Of a stretch of 64,000 nucleotides of DNA, positions 19,595 to 27,731 are shown one piece after another. Made by a program: the position numbers and the translations under genes. The notes below the pieces were generated by a model. It was not told where the DNA came from. It saw only the letters and a list, made by a program, of their open reading frames with translations, and did not search any database. The DNA lies in assembly GCA_902528485.1 (NCBI GenBank), contig CABZTA010000002.1, positions 559 through 64,558 on the forward strand, written 5' to 3'. Source of the stretch: an uncultured SAR86 cluster bacterium. GTDB lineage: Bacteria; Pseudomonadota; Gammaproteobacteria; Magnimaribacterales; AG-339-G14. Numbering within the stretch: the stretch's first letter is position 1; the number at the start of each line of letters is the position of its first letter.

Positions 19595-20451
19595 TATTCA
19601 GTAACATAAAAATTGGAATTATTGGGCATGGATTTGTAGGAGAAGCAACAGAAAAAGGATTTCCAAAAATAAATGAAAAATTCATTGTTGATCCAAAGCA
19701 TGGAACCGATATCAACAAACTGAAAAAATTCAAACCTGATTTCATTTTTATTTGTGTTCCAACGCCAATGAATATAGATGGCAGTCAAGATTCCTCAATT
19801 GTATTTGATGTTTTTAGCAAATTGAAAAATAATTTTAAGGGTGTACCAAAGATTCTAAAAAGTACCTTTTTACCAAATAATTTAAGCTCTTTAAATTCTG
19901 AAATAGATTCCTTAGTTTACAATCCAGAATTTTTAAGAGAAAAACATGCCGAGGAGGATTTTATTAACTCTCCTTTTGTGATTCTAGGTGGGGACAAGAT
20001 AATTTGTAAAAGAGTAGAAAATTTATATAAAAATTATTCTGCATGTAAAACAAAAAATTATATTTTTGTGGATATAGAAACAGCGTCATTAATCAAATAT
20101 TCAATAAACTCTTATTTGGCATCGAAAGTTTTATTCTTTAATGGAATAAGGGATATTTTCGATAATTTAAAATCAGAAATTGACTGGGATGATTTCATTC
20201 AAATATTATCCTTGGATAAAAGAATTGGTAATTCTCATATGTCAGTTCCTGGTCATGATGGCAAAAAAGGTTTTGGTGGCGCTTGTTTCACGAAAGATAC
20301 TGCAGCTTTTCTAAAATATTCTGACGAGATTGGCGAAAAATTTCTTTTTCTTGATTCTGCAATAAACATTAATAACTCTATAAGAAGCAAATATGATGAG
20401 TTGGATCAAAGAGAAAAAGAACAAAATGTTAATTATGATTCTGATAACTGA
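19591..20451 (+). CDS. UDP-glucose/GDP-mannose dehydrogenase-family protein, short form lacking the C-terminal UDP-binding domain
   Basis: 286 aa. Rossmann motif IGIIGHGFVG, then FICVPTP, YNPEFLREKHAEEDF and the catalytic-Cys motif GGACFTKDT. The protein ends about 100-150 aa earlier than canonical Ugd. Confidence 0.65.
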   Translation: MIFSNIKIGIIGHGFVGEATEKGFPKINEKFIVDPKHGTDINKLKKFKPDFIFICVPTPMNIDGSQDSSIVFDVFSKLKNNFKGVPKILKSTFLPNNLSSLNSEIDSLVYNPEFLREKHAEEDFINSPFVILGGDKIICKRVENLYKNYSACKTKNYIFVDIETASLIKYSINSYLASKVLFFNGIRDIFDNLKSEIDWDDFIQILSLDKRIGNSHMSVPGHDGKKGFGGACFTKDTAAFLKYSDEIGEKFLFLDSAININNSIRSKYDELDQREKEQNVNYDSDN

Positions 20452-20456
20452 ATGAC

Positions 20457-21509
20457 TTAAAGAAGCAAATTTGACACAAATTTTGCTATGGCTAGGCTTG
20501 AGGTTACTCCGGGACTTTCAATTCCTTGTAAATTTACAAATCCTTCCAAACTATGATCCTTGGGACCAATTATGCTGAAATCTCTCATATTTTCAGATTT
20601 ATTTTGGATCTTTGGTCTAATTCCAACGTAGTCTTCATTAAGTTTATCTGAATCTAGGTCAGGCCAATAAGCTTTGATGCTTTTTATAAATCTTTCTTTA
20701 GCATTAATTTCAAATTTATAATCTAAATCTTTTACCCACACAAGATCTGGACCAAATCGTAATTGACCAGACATATCAAATCCTACATGAATACCCAAAG
20801 AAGATTCTGAATTTATTGGATAAACCAAATTAGTAAAGGGATGTTGCCCGGTATATTTAAAATAATGTCCTTTTGCATAATAGAGAGGATGTAAAAGTTC
20901 TTTTGGAAGAAAACTGAAATTTTTTGAGGTCTCGTAGGATTGAAGACCTGAGGCATTGATCAACAGTTTGGACTTAATTTTGAATTTTTCTGATGAATCA
21001 CAATAGATTTCAAAGTCATTGCAATTTTTTTTCACTTTTAAGCATTTCGTATTGAAAGAAATTAATCCATCATTTTGCCAAATATCAAATTCCAATGATT
21101 TTATTAATTCTGGTACATCGATGATTCCTGTATTAGGAGAAAAAATACCTGAAACAGCTGATAAATAAGGTAATTTCTCTTTTAAGTCTGTTTTACTTAT
21201 TATTTCTAAATCAACCGAATTTTTTTTTCCATTTTCATAAATTTGAATTAACTTTTTTTCTTCAGATTCATTCGTAGAGACAATATATTTCCCTATTTTT
21301 TTATGGGGTATATTTTTCTTCCTAGCATAATGATAAAGAAGATTATTTCCTTCTACACACAGCTTAGCCTTCAAACTATTTTCTGGATAATACATGCCAG
21401 CATGAATCACTCCGGAATTTCTTGAAGATGTAGATTCTCCTGATCTTTTTTCTTTCTCCAAAACAACTATCTGTAAACCTTCCTCAGATAAATGTTTTGC
21501 AATTGCCAA
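20457..21509 (-). CDS. FAD-dependent oxidoreductase, L-2-hydroxyglutarate oxidase (LhgO/COG0579)-like. The true start is probably upstream of the track start.
   Basis: [28 protein letters not shown] resembles LhgO [21 protein letters not shown]. The dinucleotide-binding motif IIGAGVIGL is encoded at 21510-21536, upstream of the TTG at 21509 (see finding). Confidence 0.7.
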   Translation of the reverse strand: [350 protein letters not shown]

Positions 21510-21652
21510 GCCAATGACACCTGCACCTATTATTACTGCATCAAAAATTTATTTCTCCATTAATAAAAGTAAGTTTATTTATTCTAATTATAAAGTGGTT
21601 GTTATAAACTTCGTCCCATTTCAAAAATTTATGAATTAATTTTAACTGAAGT

Positions 21653-22525
21653 GTGATGAAAATTTCAAAAGCAATCATTCCTGTAGCAGGGTTAGGTACT
21701 AGGATGTTACCTGCTACAAAAGCAATACCCAAAGAACTTCTTCCTGTAGTGGATAAACCGGTCATTCAATATGTTGTTGAAGAAGCAGCGCTTTCTGGAA
21801 TTGAGCAGATTATATTTGTGACCAGAAGTGGCAAAGATGCAATTGAAAATCATTTCGATGGTAATTATGAGTTAGAACATATTTTGGAAACAAAAGGAAA
21901 AAAAAGGATATTAGGATCAATAAAAAATATGATCCCAAAAAACATAAAAATATCCTCAATTAGACAAGAGAAAGCTCTAGGCTTAGGCGATGCCATTCTG
22001 AATGCCAAACATTTATTAAATCAAGAACCCTTTGCAATATTTTTACCCGATGAATTGCTTATCTCTAAAAATAAAGATTCTAGTTTTTTTAAAATGATGA
22101 ATCACTGGGATAATACTAATCAGGGACAGATAATGGTTCAAAAAATAAATAAAAAATTTACAAAAAGCTATGGAATTGTTGATTTAAATAATAAGAAAAT
22201 AAAGATAAATGAAACTCAAGAAATAAAAAAACTAGTTGAAAAGCCTAATCCCGTTGATTCACCTTCTAATTATAGAGTTGTAGGAAGATACATACTTCCA
22301 TATGAGATTATGGAGATATTAGAAAGAACTAATTTCGGAAAAGATAACGAAATACAACTAACTGACGCTTTGGATAATCTACTCAAAAACACTAAATTAA
22401 GTGCATTTTTAACAGACGATGATATTTTTGATTGTGGAGAAATTAAAGGCTTCATTGGGGCAAATGTTGCTGTTGCATCAAAAGATAAAGATTTGAAGAA
22501 ATATATGGAGAATATTATAAATTAG
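21653..22525 (+). CDS. galU: UTP--glucose-1-phosphate uridylyltransferase
   Basis: KAIIPVAGLGTRMLPATKAIPKELLPVVDKPVIQYVVEEA is the GalU signature. GTG 21653 and ATG 21656 are both possible starts. Confidence 0.93.
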   Translation: MMKISKAIIPVAGLGTRMLPATKAIPKELLPVVDKPVIQYVVEEAALSGIEQIIFVTRSGKDAIENHFDGNYELEHILETKGKKRILGSIKNMIPKNIKISSIRQEKALGLGDAILNAKHLLNQEPFAIFLPDELLISKNKDSSFFKMMNHWDNTNQGQIMVQKINKKFTKSYGIVDLNNKKIKINETQEIKKLVEKPNPVDSPSNYRVVGRYILPYEIMEILERTNFGKDNEIQLTDALDNLLKNTKLSAFLTDDDIFDCGEIKGFIGANVAVASKDKDLKKYMENIIN

Positions 22526-22611
22526 CCCGGGTGGTGGAATTGGTAGACACAAGGGACTTAAAATCCCTCGAAGGCAACTTCGTGCCGGTTCAAGTCCGGC
22601 CCCGGGTACCA
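22525..22611 (+). tRNA. tRNA-Leu (anticodon UAA), CCA encoded
   Basis: Acceptor GCCCGGG/CCCGGGT, D arm with GGAATTGGTAGA, anticodon arm AGGGA-CTTAAAA-TCCCT, long variable arm CGAAG..CTTCG, and T arm GCCGG-TTCAAGT-CCGGC followed by ACCA. 87 nt. Confidence 0.93.
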
Positions 22612-22617
22612 TTTTAA

Positions 22618-23301
22618 ATGAAAACTATATCAATCATTCTCTCTAGGGGAGGTAGTAAGGGATTAAAATCAAAAAATATTCTTCCCTTCAATGGAAAACC
22701 CCTTTTATTTTGGACTATTGATCAATTAAAAAAATCAAATGAGGTTGACGAAATTTTTTTATCATCTGATTCAGAAGAAATTCTTGATATAGGAAGAGAT
22801 GAGGATATCAACTTAATAGAAAGACCCTCAAAATTCTCACAAGATTCATCATCATCCGAATCTGCATGGAAACACTCAATAGAATGCATAGATTGTGATG
22901 AGGAAGATTTGATTATTGCTCCTCAAGTAACTTCTCCGTTGAGGTTAAAAAACGATTTTGATAACGCCTTAGAATATTTTAATGAGAAATCCTTAGATTC
23001 TCTCTTTTCTGCTGTAAAATTCGAAGATGAATGCTCATGGGTTGAAGATGAAAATGAAATAGTTCCATCAAACTATGACCCAAGTAACCGGAAAAGGAGG
23101 CAAGAAACAAAGTCTACTATAGTTGAGAATGGTTCTTTTTATATTTTTAAATCAGGAAAGTTTTTGAAAAATATGAATAGATTTGTTGGAAAAAAAGACT
23201 ATTTCCTAATGAAGCATTGGCAACTTTTTGAAATAGATGATCGAGAAACCTTTGATATGTGTGAGAAGCTAATGCAAACCTTTATGATAAAAAATGACTA
23301 G
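22618..23301 (+). CDS. Acylneuraminate cytidylyltransferase-family CMP-ulosonic acid synthetase (NeuA-like)
   Basis: 227 aa. The N-terminal SIILSRGGSKGLKSKNILPFNGKPLL is the NeuA/CMP-NeuAc synthetase signature. Confidence 0.8.
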   Translation: MKTISIILSRGGSKGLKSKNILPFNGKPLLFWTIDQLKKSNEVDEIFLSSDSEEILDIGRDEDINLIERPSKFSQDSSSSESAWKHSIECIDCDEEDLIIAPQVTSPLRLKNDFDNALEYFNEKSLDSLFSAVKFEDECSWVEDENEIVPSNYDPSNRKRRQETKSTIVENGSFYIFKSGKFLKNMNRFVGKKDYFLMKHWQLFEIDDRETFDMCEKLMQTFMIKND

Positions 23302-24268
23302 AAAAGTTTATATGAACGGAAGTTTTGTAGACGAGCAAGACGCAAAAGTTTCCATATATGATTCTTCTTTAATGTTTGGAGATATGGTTTTTGAAATGAC
23401 TAGATCTTTTAATGGGGAACAATTTAAATTGAGAGAACATATTAAAAGATTACTTACAGGTATAAAAATATTTAGGATTCCTCTAGAAGAAACTGAAGAT
23501 AGTATTTATGAAAAATGTCTTTTAACGATCGATCAAAATAAAGGCGAATTTAAAGATGATGATGAGCATCGTTTAATGATTGATGTTTCGAGAGGTCTCC
23601 TAGATATTTATAAAGGCGTTGACGGTCTTCACAAAGAAGCAAATTTAATAATTGCAGATTTTCCATTAAGATGGACAGTTAAAAGCATGGGAATACTTTT
23701 TGATCAAGGTATAAATGCTTTTATTTCTTCACAAAGAGCAATTCCTGCAAGATATCTAGATCCTAAGATTAAAAATAGAAGCAGAGTTTTTTATTTGATG
23801 GCTAACATTGAAGCTGCTCAAGTCAGATATCCTAATACCTGGGCTTTGATGCTCGACGATGATGGATATATAACAGAAGGTACAGGAGATAACTTTTTTA
23901 TTATAAAAGATGGCGTAGTAATAACTCCTGAAGGAAGAAATATACTCAGGGGAATATCCCGAGATTATGTAATTTATGAACTTTGTAAAGAATTAAAACT
24001 CGAATGCGTTCAAAAGAATATAGAGCCTTATGATGTTTATAATGCAGACGAAGCATTTATGACAGGTACTCCCTTCTGCATGCTTCCAGTGACCTCATTA
24101 AATGAACTTCAAATTGGAAGTGGAGAGAGAGGCCCAATTTTTAATTTGATTTTAAAGAAATGGTCAGAAAATATTGGCCTGGATATTGAAAGTCAAATTA
24201 AATCCTGGGATGAAGGAAATAATGATAAAAATATTGGAACTTCACCCTATCAGTTTTCAAAAAAATAA
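23294..24268 (+). CDS. Fold-type IV (class IV) aminotransferase, branched-chain/D-amino-acid aminotransferase-like
   Basis: 324 aa. DPKIKNRSR (lysine region), EGTGDNFFIIKDGVVITPEGRNILRGISRDYV and ADEAFMTGT match the class IV pattern. Confidence 0.8.
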   Translation: MTRKVYMNGSFVDEQDAKVSIYDSSLMFGDMVFEMTRSFNGEQFKLREHIKRLLTGIKIFRIPLEETEDSIYEKCLLTIDQNKGEFKDDDEHRLMIDVSRGLLDIYKGVDGLHKEANLIIADFPLRWTVKSMGILFDQGINAFISSQRAIPARYLDPKIKNRSRVFYLMANIEAAQVRYPNTWALMLDDDGYITEGTGDNFFIIKDGVVITPEGRNILRGISRDYVIYELCKELKLECVQKNIEPYDVYNADEAFMTGTPFCMLPVTSLNELQIGSGERGPIFNLILKKWSENIGLDIESQIKSWDEGNNDKNIGTSPYQFSKK

Positions 24269-25101
24269 TGAATTTTTTGGGAGTAATGCAGGGAAGATTA
24301 CTTCCTAAGTATAAAAATAGATATCAGTCACATCCGGTTGGATACTGGCAGGATGAATTTATCATTGCTAAAGAATTTGGATTGAATTTAATTGAGTTCA
24401 TTGTTGACTATGAAGATGTAGAAAAAAATCCTTTACTCAGTAATGAAGGCATTGAAGAGATTTCTTCACTCTCAAAAAAAAATGAAGTTATGGTGAGGAC
24501 TCTTTGTGCAGATTTTTTTATGGAGGCTCCTTTGCATAGCGAGGATTTGTATCAAAGACAAAAAAGTAAAGATATACTAAAACGATTATCTTTGTCTTGT
24601 AAGCATCTAGGAATTACTGAAATTGTAATTCCTTGTGTGGATCATTCTTCTTTTCAAAATAAAAATCAAATATCCATTTTTAAGGATGTCTTAAATGATG
24701 TGATTGGTGATTCGCCAGTTGAAGTAAATTTCTCTCTAGAAACCGACTTAGGACCGAAAGATTTTGCTGATTTAGTTGATTATTTTGATAATTCTAGGGT
24801 AGGAGTAAATTATGATATTGGAAATAGTGCATCTCTTGGATTTAACTGTAGCGAGGAGATTGAAGCCTACGGTCATTATATAAACGATGTTCATATCAAA
24901 GATAGACGATATAAATCTGATTCAGTTTTTCTTGGAGATGGAGATGCTGATTTTCATATGGTTTTTGAAAAATTATCAAAAATTGGATATAAAGGGCCTT
25001 TCATAATGCAGGCATATAGAGATATGGAAGGGAAAAATGTATTTAAAAGCCAACTTGATTGGATTTTGCCAATTCTTCAAACTTATTTTGTTCTTGCTTA
25101 A
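24268..25101 (+). CDS. Xylose isomerase-like TIM-barrel protein (sugar-phosphate isomerase/epimerase family)
   Basis: 277 aa. The alternating beta/alpha pattern, with IEF(I/V)VD, LETD and NYDIGNS segments, is typical of AP-endonuclease-2/xylose-isomerase-like barrels. Confidence 0.55.
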   Translation: MNFLGVMQGRLLPKYKNRYQSHPVGYWQDEFIIAKEFGLNLIEFIVDYEDVEKNPLLSNEGIEEISSLSKKNEVMVRTLCADFFMEAPLHSEDLYQRQKSKDILKRLSLSCKHLGITEIVIPCVDHSSFQNKNQISIFKDVLNDVIGDSPVEVNFSLETDLGPKDFADLVDYFDNSRVGVNYDIGNSASLGFNCSEEIEAYGHYINDVHIKDRRYKSDSVFLGDGDADFHMVFEKLSKIGYKGPFIMQAYRDMEGKNVFKSQLDWILPILQTYFVLA

Positions 25102-25106
25102 CTCTT

Positions 25107-25847
25107 ATGTCGAAAGAAAAACTAAATGTTTTAGTAACTGGATCATCCAGAGGAATTGGATTCGCAATAGCAAAGGAGTTTGCTGCGAATGGTTACAAAG
25201 TAATATTAAATGGTAGAGATGAAAATTCACTGAAGAGGGCTTCTAGAGAACTTAACACAGATTATTTTTTAGGTGATGTTTCAGATCCTCAAATTGCTAA
25301 AAAAATGGTTAAGTACTGTGTTTCTGAGTTCGGTGATTTAAATGCTTTAATATGCAACGTCGGAAGCGGAAAATCTCATCAACCTGGAAAAGAGAATAAT
25401 GATGAGTGGAAAAAAATGTTTGATGTGAATTTTTTGAGTACAACAAATGTTATTGAAAGCTCTGTAAAAACATTATCAAAAACGAAGGGTTCAATTGTTT
25501 GTATCTCCTCAATTTGTGGAGTAAAGCCTATAAATTCTGCTCCTGTTACTTACTCTGTAGCAAAAGCTGCATTAAATTTTTATGTCCATGCTTACTCAAA
25601 ATATCTTGGAACAAAAGGGGTTAGAATTAATTCTGTAGCACTAGGAAACATTCAGTTTCCAGGATCTACATGGGAAGAAAAATTAAAAAAAAATAAAAAA
25701 CAAGTTGAAGATATGTTGAAAAATGAAGTTGCTTTGACAAGGTTTGGGAATACAGACGATGTTTCCAAAACTGTCTTTTTTTTGAGCTCTGATGAAGCTA
25801 AATTTATAACAGGAGCTACTTTGATTGCTGACGGCGGCCAAGTATAA
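25107..25847 (+). CDS. Short-chain dehydrogenase/reductase
   Basis: Start at ATG 25107 (MSKEKLNVLVTGSSRGIGFAIA). Active-site YSVAKAA. 246 aa. Confidence 0.85.
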   Translation: MSKEKLNVLVTGSSRGIGFAIAKEFAANGYKVILNGRDENSLKRASRELNTDYFLGDVSDPQIAKKMVKYCVSEFGDLNALICNVGSGKSHQPGKENNDEWKKMFDVNFLSTTNVIESSVKTLSKTKGSIVCISSICGVKPINSAPVTYSVAKAALNFYVHAYSKYLGTKGVRINSVALGNIQFPGSTWEEKLKKNKKQVEDMLKNEVALTRFGNTDDVSKTVFFLSSDEAKFITGATLIADGGQV

Positions 25848-25855
25848 ATACTATC

Positions 25856-26683
25856 ATGCTAGAAAAATTTAATTTAAGTGGAAAAACAGTTCTTATTACT
25901 GGCGCTGCCGGAATACTGGGAAAAGAACATGCTGAGGCCCTATTGGAGGTAAATTCATCACTAATACTCACAGATATTGATCAAAAAAAATTACTTAATT
26001 TACAAGATCATCTTTACAAAAAATATGATTCTAAAAAAATCCATATTTTTAAAATGGATGTTTCTGATCCAGATTCAGTGTTCGAAGTCTCAAAAAAGTT
26101 AGATAATTCAAACATCTTTGTCGATATCTTAATAAATAATGCGTCTATTGATGCTAAATTTGATAATGGAAACCTCCCAACGGGGACAAGGCTTGAAAAT
26201 TTCTCTTTAAAGCAATGGGAAGAAGAAATTTCTGTAGGATTAACTGGTTGTTTTCTATGTTGCAAGGTTTTCGGTACAAAAATGGCAAAATCTAACAAAA
26301 ATGGCGTGATCATTAATATTGCATCTGATCTATCAGTGATTTCTCCAGATCAAAGATTATACTTAGATGAGTCTCTTCCAGAAGATGAACAAAAAGTAAA
26401 ACCTATTACATATTCCGTCATAAAGTCAGCTTTGGTTGGCATGACCAAATATTTATCCACATACTGGATTGATGGCAACGTTAGAGTAAACTCTCTATCG
26501 CCTGGAGGAATTTTTAATAATCAAGATGAGGAATTTGTTAATAGGATTTCAAAACTAATTCCATTAGGAAGAATGGCAGCTTCTGATGAATATAGATCTG
26601 CAATACAATTCCTTTGCTCAGATGCTTCAAGCTATTTAAATGGCCAAAATATTGTAATGGATGGAGGCAGATCAGTATGGTAG
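25856..26683 (+). CDS. Short-chain dehydrogenase/reductase
   Basis: VLITGAAGILGKEH, NNAS and YSVIKSA motifs. 275 aa. Confidence 0.85.
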   Translation: MLEKFNLSGKTVLITGAAGILGKEHAEALLEVNSSLILTDIDQKKLLNLQDHLYKKYDSKKIHIFKMDVSDPDSVFEVSKKLDNSNIFVDILINNASIDAKFDNGNLPTGTRLENFSLKQWEEEISVGLTGCFLCCKVFGTKMAKSNKNGVIINIASDLSVISPDQRLYLDESLPEDEQKVKPITYSVIKSALVGMTKYLSTYWIDGNVRVNSLSPGGIFNNQDEEFVNRISKLIPLGRMAASDEYRSAIQFLCSDASSYLNGQNIVMDGGRSVW

Positions 26684-27270
26684 AAGATCTTAAATTTTTA
26701 GAAAAAAAATTAAATCTACGATCAAATTTAATCAAAGAAAATATCAGTGATATTGGTGAATCAATTGTTTCAATATCTATGCTTGTAACAGATGTAATAA
26801 AAAATAAGGGAAAATTAATGTTTTGTGGAAATGGTGGCAGTGCTGCTGAGTGTCAGCATATGTCAGCTGAATACTGCGCAACTTTAGATCATAAAAGACC
26901 TAGGGAAGGAATGTCCTCAATCTCATTGACAACAGATACTTCCTTTTTAACAGCTTGGACAAACGATTTTGGGTATAAAAATATTTTTTCTAGGCAAGTT
27001 TTAACTTTAGGGGAAAAAAAAGATTTATTATTTTGTTACTCCACAAGTGGAAACAGTGAAAATGTTTGTGAGGCAGCAAAACAAGCTAAAAAAATTGGAA
27101 TTAAGGTAGTAGGATTTACAGGAAACCATGAAGAAATGGTTTTAGAAAACTATTGTGACTTGATTTTTAGATCGCCCTCTAAGGAGACACCAATAATTCA
27201 AGAATTTCATACGATTGCAGGTCATGAAATCTGTTCAATAGTTGAGAATAATATTTTTTTTAAAAAATGA
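26677..27270 (+). CDS. gmhA: SIS-domain sedoheptulose-7-phosphate isomerase (GmhA-like)
   Basis: Start at ATG 26677. CGNGGSAAECQHMSAEY, TTDTSFLTAWTNDFGY..FSRQV and YSTSGNSENV match the GmhA pattern. Confidence 0.8.
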   Translation: MVEDLKFLEKKLNLRSNLIKENISDIGESIVSISMLVTDVIKNKGKLMFCGNGGSAAECQHMSAEYCATLDHKRPREGMSSISLTTDTSFLTAWTNDFGYKNIFSRQVLTLGEKKDLLFCYSTSGNSENVCEAAKQAKKIGIKVVGFTGNHEEMVLENYCDLIFRSPSKETPIIQEFHTIAGHEICSIVENNIFFKK

Positions 27271-27731
27271 ATTTCGAAGCAATTTTTTATGATTTCGATG
27301 GCGTAATGACCGACAATACTGTACAGATTTCTCAAGATGGTTCTGAGTTTGTGAGAGTCAATCGAGGGGATGGATTGGCTATTTCAGAAATTAAAAAATT
27401 AAAAATTTACCAAGCTATAATCTCTACAGAAAAAAATCCAGTAGTTAAGGCCAGGTCAGAAAAACTTCAAATCCCATGCTTTCAAGGTGTCTTGAACAAA
27501 CTTAATGAGGTAAATAATATCTGCGAAGCAAAAAAGATTAATCTTAAGAATTCAGCATTTATTGGAAACGATATTAATGACAAAGAAGTCATGGAGTCTA
27601 TTGGTTTATCAGCTTGTCCTTCAGATTCAAACCAGACTATATTAGGCATTTCAGATATCATATTGCAATCCAAGGGCGGAGATGGAGTAATCCGGGAATT
27701 TTATGATTACATTTTAGGAGAAATAAGATGA
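27267..27731 (+). CDS. HAD-IIIA phosphatase of the KdsC family (ulosonate-phosphate phosphatase)
   Basis: 154 aa. FDFDGVMTD, RDG-like GDGLAI and GNDINDKEVMESIGLSACPSDS align with E. coli KdsC LDVDGVLSD ... GDDLIDWPVMEKVGLSVAVADA. Confidence 0.8.
   Translation: MNFEAIFYDFDGVMTDNTVQISQDGSEFVRVNRGDGLAISEIKKLKIYQAIISTEKNPVVKARSEKLQIPCFQGVLNKLNEVNNICEAKKINLKNSAFIGNDINDKEVMESIGLSACPSDSNQTILGISDIILQSKGGDGVIREFYDYILGEIR

Noticed and set aside
17461-22617. A JUMPstart/ops (GGCGGTAG) antitermination element, as expected upstream of many gammaproteobacterial polysaccharide operons.
   Set aside because: It was not found by eye in any intergenic segment of the window, including 21549-21652, 48152-48262 and 54597-54747. 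There is in any case essentially no untranslated space before the main operon.
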